Assembly (NCBI RefSeq): GCF_001447785.1
Contig: NW_015170283.1
Location: 1,115,006 to 1,179,005, forward strand
Length of the DNA stretch: 64,000 nt
Origin: Gekko japonicus
Taxonomy: Eukaryota
Direction of reading: 5' to 3'
Shown: positions 24,603-36,835 of the stretch, piece by piece
Numbering within the stretch: position 1 is the stretch's first letter
How the letters are laid out: the number at the start of each line of letters is the position of its first letter
Translations under genes and position numbers: made by a program
The notes under the pieces: generated by a model
The model's database searches: none
The model's input: only the letters and a program-made list of their open reading frames with translations
What the model was told of the DNA's origin: nothing

Positions 24603-25076
24603 TGCCCCCCCAGCCAGAATAATGAGACAGACAACAGTTTGGAATTAAACAAGGGCCACTATCAACTATTTAACAGAATATTGCAGCAATGACAACTAAG
24701 CAAGCATGGAACAGGCAAGGCAGGCATCACTCCATGACCAACCCCCTTGCCCTTAAAGGGCGGGTCACCCAGCTCCGGCCGTGAGCCATTTACTCTCTGG
24801 CTCGTGACCAGCAGCCCAGCAACTGGTTGCCTCCTAGGAGCGCCTACCCCTGAAACCTTCCAACCTGCAGGGAGGAGCCTGCCCTAAAAGGTTCCCAGAG
24901 GAGGTGATCACCATTCCCCACCCAGGACCCTGAAATCCGAAGGCAGTTCGTGATGACCACCTGTTCCCTAACAGGATATGCCGAAAGGTGCTCACCAGTT
25001 CCGTTTTCTTACTTGCACAAACCTGCCACAGCCAAGGCCAAGCCTCTGCTTTAGCCTTTGCTCCCCACTCAGCATC

Positions 25077-25645
25077 CTATTGCCAACCTTGCTGCAAGTC
25101 CTGCAAAAATATCCCATTGCCCTTGTCAGACAAATGCACCCCGTCGTCTCTATACAGGTCCCTGAAAACAACCCGTATATCGGGGTGCAGCAAGAACATC
25201 CCCAAACCAGCATCCATGGCCTTTCTCAGCTGCCTATTAACTTTTCGTCTGGCGCGGTCAATACACCTGGGGTCCTCCAAGTTTCGCCACACCTGGCAGG
25301 GCAGTATGGCCGACCATACTATCTTCACACCGGGCCACCTTGCTCTTATCCTCGAAAGGTCTGCCTCGGCCTGTAACACAAGGCCCTTGCCCTTCAATAG
25401 ACCCAGATCATTGCCCCCCAGGTGTATTACCAGAACATGAGGAGGAGGCCCCTTCCTCTCGTCAAATAGCAGGGGAAGGAGCGCGGGCCACCGCATGCCC
25501 CTCCTCCCCAGCCATTCCACTTCTGCCCATGCACTAAAGCCAAGCTGAGAGCCGCAGGATGTCCTTCTGGCCTGATGAGCCACCCAGAAGACCATGCTGT
25601 GGCCACAGATGGTGACCCTTTGTCTCACTCCATGGCCTGCAGCAT
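25077..25645 (-). pseudogene. SGNH/GDSL hydrolase ORF of element #2 (frame open)
   Basis: VTICGHS; GRRGMRW; VIHLGGND; LYRDDGVHLSDKGN. Confidence 0.88.
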
Positions 25646-25692
25646 CTGTAAAAAGAACATTATTAATAAATCATCTAAATGAAATGGGATAT

Positions 25693-26609
25693 TTAAACAA
25701 TGCACTTCCTGACGTAACCCTTGTAGCGACGTGACTTCCAGTGACCTATCCGCTGAATCTCGCTGCTCGTATAACCCATGGCCACCGCTGTTGATGCGGC
25801 CCCTATGCAGAAAGAGTGAGTTCCAAAGCGAACCCCCCCCCCAATCCCAAGCGGGCTAATGCCTTCTGAGTCAGGCTCCAAAATTGAAACCTGGTGAGGG
25901 GAGTGCCATCCCTGTGTCGGAATAGGTAACCCCGGCCCTTACCTCTCAAGGCCAAGTAATGGCTCAAGGCCTCAAATGGGCATAACTCAATTTCTGAGCA
26001 TTGGTTGAGCTCAATAACCTTCCCCTTGCTGCACTGGTCTGTCTTTGACCGACGTAACCTAATTCCCACTTTGGAGCCTGACACGGAAACATCCCGCTGT
26101 TCAAGTGCTAGGCCTGAAACATCCTGCCGAGAGCCAGCCATCAGCTCGCTGATCCGCAGTGCCCCCAAAAAGGCAACCAGTGATGCAGCATGAAACAGGG
26201 CAGCCTCATAGCCATCAGCGCACAATGCCTGCCACTGATTCCTGAGCCCCCTCAATATTGCTGGAGTCAAAGGCTCTCTGGTGTCAGCTACCCTGCCGCT
26301 CTCCCTGGACCAGCCCTCGAGCATCTTGCGGATACAGAAATCACCCGTATTGTCTGCGCACCCAGATGCCTTGCTGGCAAAGGCCAGCGCAGACAGTTTG
26401 GCCCTGATGGAATGAGCTGACAGGCCGTCACGTCTTAATTTAACACAGAAATGCTTTAAATGAGGAACAGGTATGGGCCTAACTTGCCGCAGTCCAGCTC
26501 CCTCCCTGAAGGACAAGAACTGCTTTCCGGCCCTCAAATAAGCTCTGCGTGTGGAAGGGGCAAGAGCCAAGCTCATTGACCTATTGGCCTCAGCCCGCCA
26601 ATCTGCCAC
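25693..26609 (-). pseudogene. Tyrosine recombinase of element #2
   Basis: AFLGALRISEL; SKTDQ; THSFCIGAAS (catalytic R to C); GHWKS..GYVR; frameshift near 25835. Confidence 0.92.
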
Positions 26610-28170
26610 ACCTCGGCTGGCATACGCACCGGGAACTGGTCGGCTTCTGGCGTCAGCTGATGGAATCTCTCCACCTGTTTTCGAGAGAGAGCATCAGCGA
26701 CCCCGTTATTAACTCCCGGCACATGCCTAGCCTTGAACATTATATTGTTGTTTAAACACTGCAGAGTAAAGGCCCTGACCAAAGCCATGACCCTGGGGGA
26801 CTTGGACGTCAAGGAGCTGATCACGTGTACTGTGGACATGTTGTTGCACCAGAAGTGGATGGTGTGGTTGGTAAACTCCCATGACCAAATCCACACTGCT
26901 GCGACAATCGGAAAAAATTCCAGGACGGAAAAAATTCCCTGCCTGAAACCATTCCTCAGGCCAGTCCCCAGCACACCAGTGCCCCCGGAAATATACTCCA
27001 AAGCCGGAGGCACCTGCAGCATCAGATGCAACCTGCAGCTCCGCTTCAACTAGAGGGTCCTCACGCCAAAAGGACACCCCGTTGTATGAACCCAAAAATT
27101 GCTTCCATACAAGGAGGTCATCCTGTATCCCCTTGGTGACCCTAGTCCTATGATGGGGGAGACGCAGCCCCATCATAGACTCACACAGTCTCCTAACAAA
27201 GGCCCTGCCGGGTGCCACAACTTTGCATGCAAAGTTGAGGTGACCAACCAACTGCTGCAACTCCAACAGGGTTATCTTGTTCTTTTTCCTAGTTGTGTCT
27301 ATTAATGTCTGTAGTGAAGCCAATTTATCCATAGGTAATCTGCAGAACTGCCCCACCGTGTCAACTTTGATGCCCAGGAAATCAAAATATGGGACGGGCC
27401 TTCTGTTTTTTCCTGAGCCAGAGGAACTCCCAGCTCCCTTGCCAGATTGATAAAGCTGGACAGCAAAAAGGCACATTGACCCGTACCCCTCATTCCTGCC
27501 AATAAAAATCATCAAGGTGATGAGCAGTGCTGCTGAGACCCGTCCTGTACCGCAGGGCCCACTCCAGAAAGGAACTGAACCTCTCAAAAGCAGCACAGGA
27601 TACAGAACAACCCATAGGAAGGGCCCTGTCCATATAAAATTTGCCCTCAAAAGCAAATCCCAGGAGCTCGAAGTCGGCTGGGTGGACAGGAAGGAGGCAG
27701 AAGGCTGACTTAATGTCACATTTTGCCAATTCCGCTCCCTGTCCACAGCTGCGCACTACCCGCAGGGCCTGATCAAAGGAGGTGTACCTAACAGAATACA
27801 ACTCCTCAGGTATCGCGTCATTCACCGATTTGCCACGAGGGTAAGACAAGTGGTGAATGAGGCGATATTCTCCAGGTGCCTTCTTTGGCACAACTCCCAA
27901 CGGGGAAACCATCAAACTGCTAACTGGGGGTGAAGGAAAAGGCCCCAGGACTCTACCCTCCGTACATTCCTTGTTAATTTTTTCCCTAACTATTTGCTCC
28001 ATACCTCGCACTGATTTCAAGTTAGGAGTCATGTATGGAGTCCTAGAACCCTGAAAAGGTATCCTGAATCCCAACCTAAAACCTTCCAATAGGTAACTGC
28101 GATCCCGTTTGTTCGGATAGTCCTTCAACCAACGCTCTAAAACTGCAAGCTTTATTGGGCTAGGTCCCTT
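26573..28170 (-). pseudogene. RT/RNase H (pol) of element #2
   Basis: SPLGVVPKK..YRLIHHLSYP; AKCDIKSAF; HHLDDF; ASDAAG; HVPGVNNGVADALSR; several frameshifts. Confidence 0.92.
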
Positions 28171-29374
28171 TATCAGGAGGGGGGTTAACACCCCCTCCCC
28201 CTCCGGAGCGCTTGCAGCCTCTACCGCCTCCCCTGCCCTTTGGCTTGGGGCAGTTAGTGAATGAATGGGGACCTGCACATAATGGACACTCATGCCGAAA
28301 TGCACATGACCTCCGACCACACGTCCCATGGGAGGTAAACTCCCAGCAAAGCGGGCGTGGGTGTATCCGGTCCCATCGCATTGCAGTATTCATGGCCGCA
28401 CGCATACGGAATTCCTCGTCATACTGCGACCATGCTGGGCTTGGAAAATCTGTGTAAGCCTTATAGATGATACCCATGTATTGCAGCAGTGCTACCGCTC
28501 TCCATGGATGATGCCGGACTATAACTGAGGCATATATCAAAAACCCTGGGTACCAATTTGCCCAGGTCCTATCCACCACCCGCCTCTTCATTTGCCCAGG
28601 TCCTATCCATCACCCGCCTCTTCAGGCGCTCCTTTTCCCGGTCATCCAGATCCTCCCTGTCTTTCTTTTCCAACTCTCTATATAATAACGTGAATACATC
28701 TACGTATTCGCCCTTAAGGATCTTCTCCTTCGTGGCGATAGAGAGATGATTCCCAAGGGGCAGGGCCGAATCACCCGATGGCATAGCCGCTGGCTGAGAC
28801 TGTATCATACGAGACATCCCCCGTGTTTGGTAACTTATTTGTGGATATCCCCATCCAGGGCAAACCCCGGGGGGGGTGGATGCCCACAACTCCAGCCTGC
28901 ATAATGGTGACAGCTTGTTGGCGCCGCTTGGGGTGCGGGCCCAGAGGCACCCTGAGGGCATGGGCCCCATGGTCAGTGTGAAGTATCCTTCTCGCCATGC
29001 CCCTCCTTACCATCAGTCTTTGGGGGCTCCTTGTACACCTCAACCTGAAGCTCCTCAGCGTCCTGCCCCTGTTGACCAGATGTAGACGCGTCACCTTCGT
29101 CCCCCACCTGTTTGTCCTCCAAAAAGGCCAAGCGGGCAAGCACCTGTGCTTGAAAAGAAGCATTAGAATCTCCTTGTGTTCTTTTAACCCCCCCCCCGCT
29201 TGACTGACAAGCACCCCATTGCTTCTCCAAAGCCTCCAACCTCTGTAAAATAGCTACATTTACAGGGTCATCTTCTTCCCCATCAGATGGTATAGCCGGC
29301 ACTGGCCGCACAGGGGGCTGCTTAGGCGCTGGCTTCTTCCCCTTGGCTTTCCCTTGACCTTTCTTGGAAGCCAT
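28160..29374 (-). pseudogene. gag-like ORF1 of element #2
   Basis: MASKKGQG..; GDSALPLGNHL..TKEKILKGE; YDEEFRMRAA; CWEF..HECPLCAGPH; 34-bp tandem duplication at 28557-28624. Confidence 0.8.
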
Positions 29375-30426
29375 AACTACTAACAAGTATCTAAACCGTT
29401 ACCTAAAGAACGTATGGCAACAATGGGTAAGACTACAAACGACTAGGCCCCTGAATAAAGCCCTCTAGCCTTCACTAAAAATGGCTGACAGCAATACAGT
29501 AAGGCCCGGCCCTATATAAATATTATCAAAATTTTCTCCTATCCAGAAAAATATTAAATGTCAACCCTTAGGGGGAGACGTAGCAAAATGTTTTTCAAGA
29601 GGCAGAAGTAAACCCTAATTGCGGAGCAACAGCCACTAGGGGGAGTACCTCCAGCCTGCCTATGCCAATCAATGTCTCCCTCCCTTTTCCCGGCAACAGC
29701 CACCAGGGGGCAACACTGTACTCTGCCCCTCACACCGGCAAAAAATCAAATTGCCCAGCAACAGCCCAATGGGGGGGGGGGCTATTAACAGAAAGGAATG
29801 AAGGCCCCCAAAAACCCACTGGCCAGAACCGGGGCCGTTAACCACCCCAATGGCCCAAACATTTAACTTATTTATTTAACTTATGGCCGGGGAGAGCCGA
29901 AATGAAAGGGGGGGCAATAGCCCAAGGCTTATCTGCGCGGCCCTGGAACCGTGTCCAAGGGCCGCTGATGTTTCTCCCTCATGCCGCCGTCGCCACCGTC
30001 CAGGCCCCCCGACCGCTGCCCCACTCTGCCGCCTTTGTCCCAAAAATGGGCACCGCTGCCACCCGCGCTGCCTCGCACGGGCGGCTTGAAGCCTTCCTGC
30101 AGCCGATCGCCCAGCCGGGCCAATCTGCTACCTTCAAGCCACCGCGATCAGGCTAATGCTGCCCTGATCACCCTGCCAGTGTTGTTGCTGCCGCCCGCTG
30201 AAAGCCCCGCCCGGAATTGGCCCGAACTTGGTCGCCTCCTCCATGCAAGGCCACAACCAGGCCAGCACCAAACGCTCCGCTCTGCGTGCTCTTCTCAGAA
30301 TGAGCACGCGGAGCAACTGACAGAGGGCGGGAGCGGAGCCTGGCCCTTTGCATCGGCCGGCTCCGCCCCCCAACGCGTCAGGACGCATAGCATCCTCTTC
30401 GCTGCCGTCTCCATTCTTCGGAGCGG

Positions 30427-30507
30427 CCCTCCCATCCCCAAACCCCACCCTCATCAGGCTCCACCCCCAAAATCTCCAGGTATTTCCCAATGTGGAGCTG
30501 GCAACCC
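30427..30507. mobile_element. Partial hAT-type MITE (family C, TAGGGTTGCCA TIR)
   Basis: Matches the end of family C copies: CTCCACCCCCAAAATCTCCAGGTATTTCCC..TGGCAACCC. Confidence 0.7.
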
Positions 30508-31149
30508 AAGCTGTGTTTGCTTTTTATTATGGGGGGGGGAGCCTTAACCCTTTCATTTGTGGGCTACCTATTTTCTGCATGGGAAAATCCCTCCCCCCAG
30601 CAAAATGTCTGCTTCTGGCTCCCCCTTCCTATCTTGCATGTACAACTCCAGGTAACAGAACAGGAAAACTGAGTTTGTGCAAGGATTTGGGGAAATGCTT
30701 GCCATGCACAGGAATGCAAATCGGAATGATTCCATTTGGCATAAATGTGAGGCAAGGGTTCAGGTTGGACAAGGTCCCTGCCAGGTACATATCTGCTGAG
30801 TTATTTTCACCCTTCACTGTTGCTCTTGCTGCTGCCCTCAGGAAGTGGAAGGTTTAAGATGCTGAAAACAGAAACTGAAAGCAAAGTGAAGATGCTGACC
30901 TGCCATCAAAATAATGTTTGATTGTGGCCTATTTGGTTTCTTCCCAAAAGGCATAAATAATTTCATTGGTATAATTTACCTTTCCAGTGCTAGTGAATAG
31001 GGATCAGATTGGGATGGTGATATATTAACAAAAACACTGCTTAGATTAGCTTTTAATGTGTTATATTCCAGGCCCACATCCTTATCTATTATGATGAATA
31101 GTCAACGATGACAAACTGTCCCATATTTCTCCACCTATTGCTGAGCAAG

Positions 31150-31488
31150 CAGGGGTCATTTCGTAGACAAAGAGCTAGGGGAACTCATTAGCATAACTCA
31201 TTAGCATATGCCACACCCCCTGACATCAGGGGCCCGGCGGTGGACCTGCAAGGCCAGCGAAGTGCGAGGAAGCCCCGCCAAGGCCCTCCCTGGCCCCAGA
31301 CAGGCAGGGGTGGGGAGAGGCGGGGAGGAAGCAACTTACCCTCCCTCTTCTCCTGCCTCCTCCTGGCTGAATGAAGGCTGGAAGCGGGACGGCCGGAAGC
31401 AGGGGCGGGGCTTCGTCATGTGCCCCGCCCCCTGCACCTCACCCGGGGGAACTGCGTTCCCCCGCGTTCCCCCCCGAAATGACCTCTG
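31150..31488. mobile_element. hAT-type MITE (family B)
   Basis: TIRs CAGGGGTCATTTCG / CGAAATGACCTCTG; perfect 8-bp TSD TGAGCAAG. Confidence 0.88.
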
Positions 31489-32094
31489 TGAGCAAGTGTT
31501 AAGTATCTTTCACTGCTTTGGAGTCAGACTCTACGGCAAGCAGTCTCTCCGTATTATTAATTTTGTAAGTGCTACAACTAATTGAAGTCACTTAGTGTTA
31601 CAGACCTGGTGTAACGTGTATCCTGACAAATCCTTCCTAGCAAGAAAAAAGGTCTTTGTTCCTCCTCACTTACTCCAAGAAAGCACTATTTAAATAATTC
31701 CCCCTTGTGCAGTATTCCTGCGTCTATCTCCTGTTCTGATTTCCTTGTTTTGAAATCAAAGGACCTGGAGATTCCTGTAGACTGCATAATTAGCTTTAAT
31801 AATCAGCCTTGCCATTTTTGAGGTGTCGTATACACTTTCTGCATGAGCAGAAGTTTCTCATTGAATGCACAGCAATCACCTGTGGATAGGCTAGTTAATT
31901 AACAGAGTTACAACCCTATTTCATTCCATTTTAGACCACAGCAATTTGGACAAGGGTAATCACCTACTACAATATATAGTCATTTAGGCCCCTTTCAAGG
32001 TTATTTTAGCAATTATAATCCTGGAGAATGTGTTAGAGACTGAGTACTTTTGGTGTTTTCTGCACTGCTTTATTCTCCGGAATGCCACAGCCTG

Positions 32095-33580
32095 TGGCTT
32101 TTTCCAGCGTCGGGGACAGAGGGTGGTGCTCGGGGAGAGGGTTTCACCGCAACACCCACTGGTAAGCGGTGCCCCTCAGGGGGTGGTCCTCTCCCTGGTG
32201 TTGTTTAACATCTACATGTGCCCCCTCTAGGGTTGCCAGGTCTGGGTTGGAAAATACCTGGAGATGTTGGGGGTGGGTCCAGGAGAGGGTGCGGTTTGAG
32301 GAGGGGAGGGGCCTCAGCATGGTACAATGTCATAGAGTCCACCCTTCAAAGCAGCCATTTTCTCCAGTCAGTTGTAAAAGCAGGAGATCTCCAGCCCCCA
32401 CCTGTGGGTTCGCAACCCTAGCCTCCTCACCCAGCTAATCCGGGGGGTTGAGTATGCTGATGACACCCAGCTGTATCTGTTGATGGATGGATGGCCGGAC
32501 TTGGCCCCAGTTATTCTGGACAAGGTATTGGAGGCTGTGACTGGTTGGTTGCAGCAGAACCTGCTGAAATTAAATCCATCCAAGATGGAGGCCCTGTTCC
32601 TGAGTTGCGGGGGGGGGGCAGATCTGGGAATTCAGCTCCCAGTCCTTGGTGGGGCAGCATTAGTGCCAACACCGAAGGTGAGGAGTTTAGGAGTGATACT
32701 GGATGCCTCGTTAACTATGGAGTCCCAGATCACCAGTGTTGCAAAATCAGCCTTTTACCATCATCGGCTGGTTCGGCAACTAGTTCCCTATCTGTCCCCC
32801 TGGCACTTGGCTACCGTGATCCAAGCAATGGTCACTTCCAGGTTAGGCTACTGTAACTTGCTTTACTCAAGGCTACCTTTGAATATGACCTGGAAACTCC
32901 AGCTAGTGCAGAATGCGGTAGCATGCTTTCTGATTGTGACGTCTGTGCGAGCAGGCATTCAGCTGGTGCTACGCCAATTGTACTGGCTACTAATTGAGTA
33001 CCAGATCTGGTTCAAGGTGTTTGTGCTAACCTTTAAAGCCCTATGTGGCCAGGGACCAGCATATCTGTGGGACCGCCTCTCCCCATATGTACCCTGTAGA
33101 GCTTTACACTTGGCAGAGCAACATGTACTGGCAGTCCCCAGCCCAAAAGATGTCCAACTGGCCTCAACTAAGGCCAGGGCTTTCTCTGCTCTGGCTGGCC
33201 TCAGCCTGGTGGAATATGCTCCCAATTGAGATAAGGGACCTGTGGGACTTATTATAGTTCTGCAGGGCCTGTAGAATGGAGCTGTTCCACCAGGCTTTTG
33301 GCTAACTGGCAGGCAACTGCTTTTTCTGGCCCTTCCCGCCCAAACTGCTCTCATACTCATTCGATGGTGTAAAGGGCAATGGTTTCCATCAATATGAACT
33401 GGACTACTATTATGTTTCTGCCCGCCTGCCCTTCAATGCAAGGATTCTTACTGGCTTGCCATCTGTTTTAAAATTGGATTCTTAATTGTTCATGGTTTTA
33501 TGATGTGGTTTTATTGTTCATATTCCTGTTGTGACCTGCTTTGAGACTGCTTGTGGGGGAGGGCAGGATAAAAATCAAAT
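32095..33580 (+). mobile_element. L2 LINE 3' portion
   Basis: GAPQGVVLSLVLFNIYM; YADDTQLY; LKLNPSKME; VTSRLGYCN..LQLVQNA. Confidence 0.88.
32228..32420. mobile_element. hAT-type MITE (family C) inserted in L2
   Basis: TAGGGTTGCCA ... CGCAACCCTA; TSD GCCCCCTC/GCCTCCTC. Confidence 0.8.
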
Positions 33581-33834
33581 AAAATTATAATTCAATTATC
33601 ACTTTTTAGGAATTCATTCAACACCATTTATCAACATTTGAGCCCTGATCTTGAGAAACCTGGTGATTCAATACCACCTGAGTTACTGACAGATTTCTGT
33701 ATTTAAACCATGTCTCTATTATTTATAATGCGGAAGATGAATAGGAAGTCCAGTTTTAACCACAGTCTTTGAATGTTTCCCTTGCCTGAACAGCCAGTTG
33801 CTTTTCTGATCTGGGTTGAGTTCTAGGTCCCGAT

Positions 33835-34046
33835 TAGGATTGCCAGCTCCAGCTTTGGAAATGCCTGGAGATTTGGAGGTGGACCCTGGAGAAGACAGAG
33901 TTTGGGGATGGGGGGGGGGAGCTTAGAAGGAATGTGATGCTCTACAGTCTACCCTGCAAAGTGGCCATATACTCCAGGGAAACTGATCTCTGTACTTTGT
34001 AGATAATTTGTAATCTTGGGAGATCTCCAGGCACTAGGGTTGCCAG
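33835..34046. mobile_element. hAT-type MITE (family C)
   Basis: Starts TAGGATTGCCA; family C body. Confidence 0.65.
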
Positions 34047-36737
34047 TATGCAACTGTATGCAAGAACGGGAAAGACTATGAAACGCTTTGGAGGTATTCT
34101 GTCTCACGGTTCCGCCAAAGAGCTCAGGATGGAATATTTGGCTCTTCCCTCTTTATTTAATGCTCACAACAGCTATGGATGTTCAAACACACCACCGATT
34201 CAGCTTATGTGCTGGTTCCTTGTCAAGAACATGGAGCTGATTTTTTTGGTTAAGTATTTGGCTGTTTGGAAGCAGGTCAAGCCTGTTCATTGGGTTATTA
34301 TTTTTCATGTATTCGAACAGTACAATACAATGCAACAATTCCCATTTCACACATGCACATTCTTGCATAAGCACAAGTCCTAGTTTCCTCTCCTTTGTTG
34401 TGGACCTGTCTTTGCTGCTCAGCAGCCAGTTATGCGAATTAGTAAGTCAGACAGCGATTATAAGTAAACATTGATTTTTTTAAAAAAATCTTACTGTTTG
34501 ATGTTTGTGTTATCACTGATATTGTTTCACACATGCACAGTTTTGCACAGCCTTATGGGATTCCTAATACCTTCCCAGTATAATTTAATTGCCTGATCCA
34601 ATTATCCATGACCCTGAGGGAGAATTGATTTCACAAATGGTACAGATGCAAAAGCTGCATGCAAGGCAGAAGGAAATGAAACTCCACCATTACAGCTGCT
34701 AAGTTGTTCAAGGCAGATGGCAGACAGGCAAACGGATCTGAAGATCGGCTTGCAAGCGATCATGGCTGTCTACCATGGTATGTTTTCCTGCTGAACATGA
34801 TCACCATGAATAATGGAAGTCTCATGACACATTGGTTCCACTTTGGAAGTAGGAGCAGGGAATCTGGAACTCCAAAATTTGGGGAGAATTTAGATAAGAT
34901 GACTCTAGCCAGCATCCTTAGCCCTTTCTGCTATTGCTTTTGGCCATTTTGTGGTTGACATTATTTGCTTTGGGCTTCTGGACCCACATTACACATTTTC
35001 TTTCTGTACATTCCAGTCTTTAAACAAATCATTCTCCAGCAAACACAAACTGCATGCTTTGTCCAGGACTCAGCAATTCAGTCCTGCATACAGAAATGGG
35101 CTCTCCCAATGTCAGCAGTAGACAGGATCAAATGCCTCTCATCCCTTATAGGTCTCGCTCTACTATAGCCAGCAATGGGATTTGTGGACATGGTTTTCAT
35201 ACTGTGCTACCTCAGACACCATTTGCTTTGACCTTTTCTTTCCCCACTGTAGAACTCAGTATGAAAATGTAAAGAATGCTTTATAAGACCTACTCCCAGT
35301 ACATTTTTGGCCTTGAAGAGCAACTAAGTTTGGCTTAGTATTTATCAGTGCGTTACAAGCATATTACATAATAGCAATTTCATTAAATAATCCTGAACCC
35401 ATTGGGGTATTCATTGCATCATTCAGAGCAACTCACAGTAAAGCAAGACTTGGGTTTGCCTAGAATAATTTATACACAAGTAATCCCAATGGGCTTTACA
35501 AAGTAATGATTCCTGTCAAATGCTGGCAAGTGTGCTTCCTTTGTAAGCAAAAAAAAAAAAGTAAAGTAAATAGAACGTAGTGAGCAGTGTCTTTAATTCT
35601 TCAGTGAAAGAGAATTGCAGTCAGGCTAGAGGGGAAGCCTGAATATTTCCTTCCATACCTCATGGAATCTTTCTGCGTATTTCATAAATGTGCGAAGAAG
35701 CCTTGGCAGAACAAGTCATCCTTTAAAAAATGGTGGATTTTTTCAGCTTTTCAGACCATAGACCCACTAAGCTGTAAGCGTATGATAGGAAGTTGTGTGA
35801 CACCAGAATCACACGACAGGAAGAGAGGCAGAGTTTGGCTTCACTGGAAAAGTCTACTGTGGGCACGAGGCCAAGATAGCCAGGATTCAAAAACACAAGC
35901 TGAATGCCAGGAGGTGTAGTGTAATGAGAAGCGAGCCAAGGGTCAACATTATGGAGGAATCTTCCGCACAACACTCAGCCCAATCCTGAGGATCACTGTG
36001 GTGGCAGTGACTGGCCACTGCGTAACAATGGTGCCACTGGACAGTTCCTGGAAGGAGTACTTTTCCTTTCCTGTTGAATGGGTTCCTAAGGGCTATGCCA
36101 TGTTTTTATGCTGACATAACTGCATGGCAGTTGTGAGGGGTATTCCGGGGCTAGATAGGCTGAGGGAGCCAACTAACTCCTGCCACACCCCAGAAGGCCC
36201 CTATATGTGCTGGTATGGTAGATGTGCCAGCAGACCTCCAATCCAGAGATATGCTGGCATAATGCCTAGTTGGCTCTGCGAGTGACCTTGTAAGTGATCT
36301 TGTCTGCTACTACTTTCAGCAACAGTCCAAAGAAGCATAGGATCCTTGCTCTCTGTGTATGTGTACAAGTAGTAGGTTTTCACAAAAGGTAGTTAAAAAA
36401 ATGATAGCTCAGTATGTGCTTGCAAACCAACAGGTGGTGCTCCATGACCCACCTGAGGGCACCAACCTATGAATTGAAAACCACTCTGCTAAATAATTTA
36501 AGGCCCTCTAGTCTTTCATTTCAAAGAATCCTAAATCACAGTGTTAGGTACAGTTGCATAAAATGGGATTATCCCTACATCACACACCTTGTACAGCTTT
36601 TGTCATTCAGTAGAGAAAATATTGGTCCAATATTATATATACATAAAAGCAAATGAAAACATTTCCAACCAGCTCCAGACCGCACATGTTGAGACTGAAC
36701 TTTATTAATCAAGATCAGACCTGAGCCACATCCATTT

Positions 36738-36835
36738 ACAAATATAGTAAATGTATTCAAATGGAGTAGAATTACTTCCAGAATTCACAAATATAGTAAA
36801 TGCATTCAAATAGAGCAGAATTACTTCCAGAATTC
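36738..36835. repeat. 49-bp tandem duplication
   Basis: ACAAATATAGTAAATG.ATTCAAAT.GAG.AGAATTACTTCCAGAATTC twice. Confidence 0.85.

Larger units (their letters stand above)
24598..30418 (-). mobile_element. YR retrotransposon #2 (related but distinct family), degenerate full length
   Basis: Same ORF order as #1; shares terminus TTTGCCCCCCCAG; TTCTT at both junctions. The right junction is less certain. Confidence 0.92.

Noticed and set aside
18223-30418. Prokaryotic integrase/retron-like system or contamination (RT + tyrosine recombinase + hydrolase)
   Set aside because: Domain order, overlapping frames, gag-like ORF, poly(A) signal and precise insertion in a vertebrate L1 fit eukaryotic YR retrotransposons.
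31190-31215. CRISPR-like or regularly spaced array from CTCATTAGCATA repeats
   Set aside because: Only 2-3 adjacent copies without spacers, inside MITE ends.
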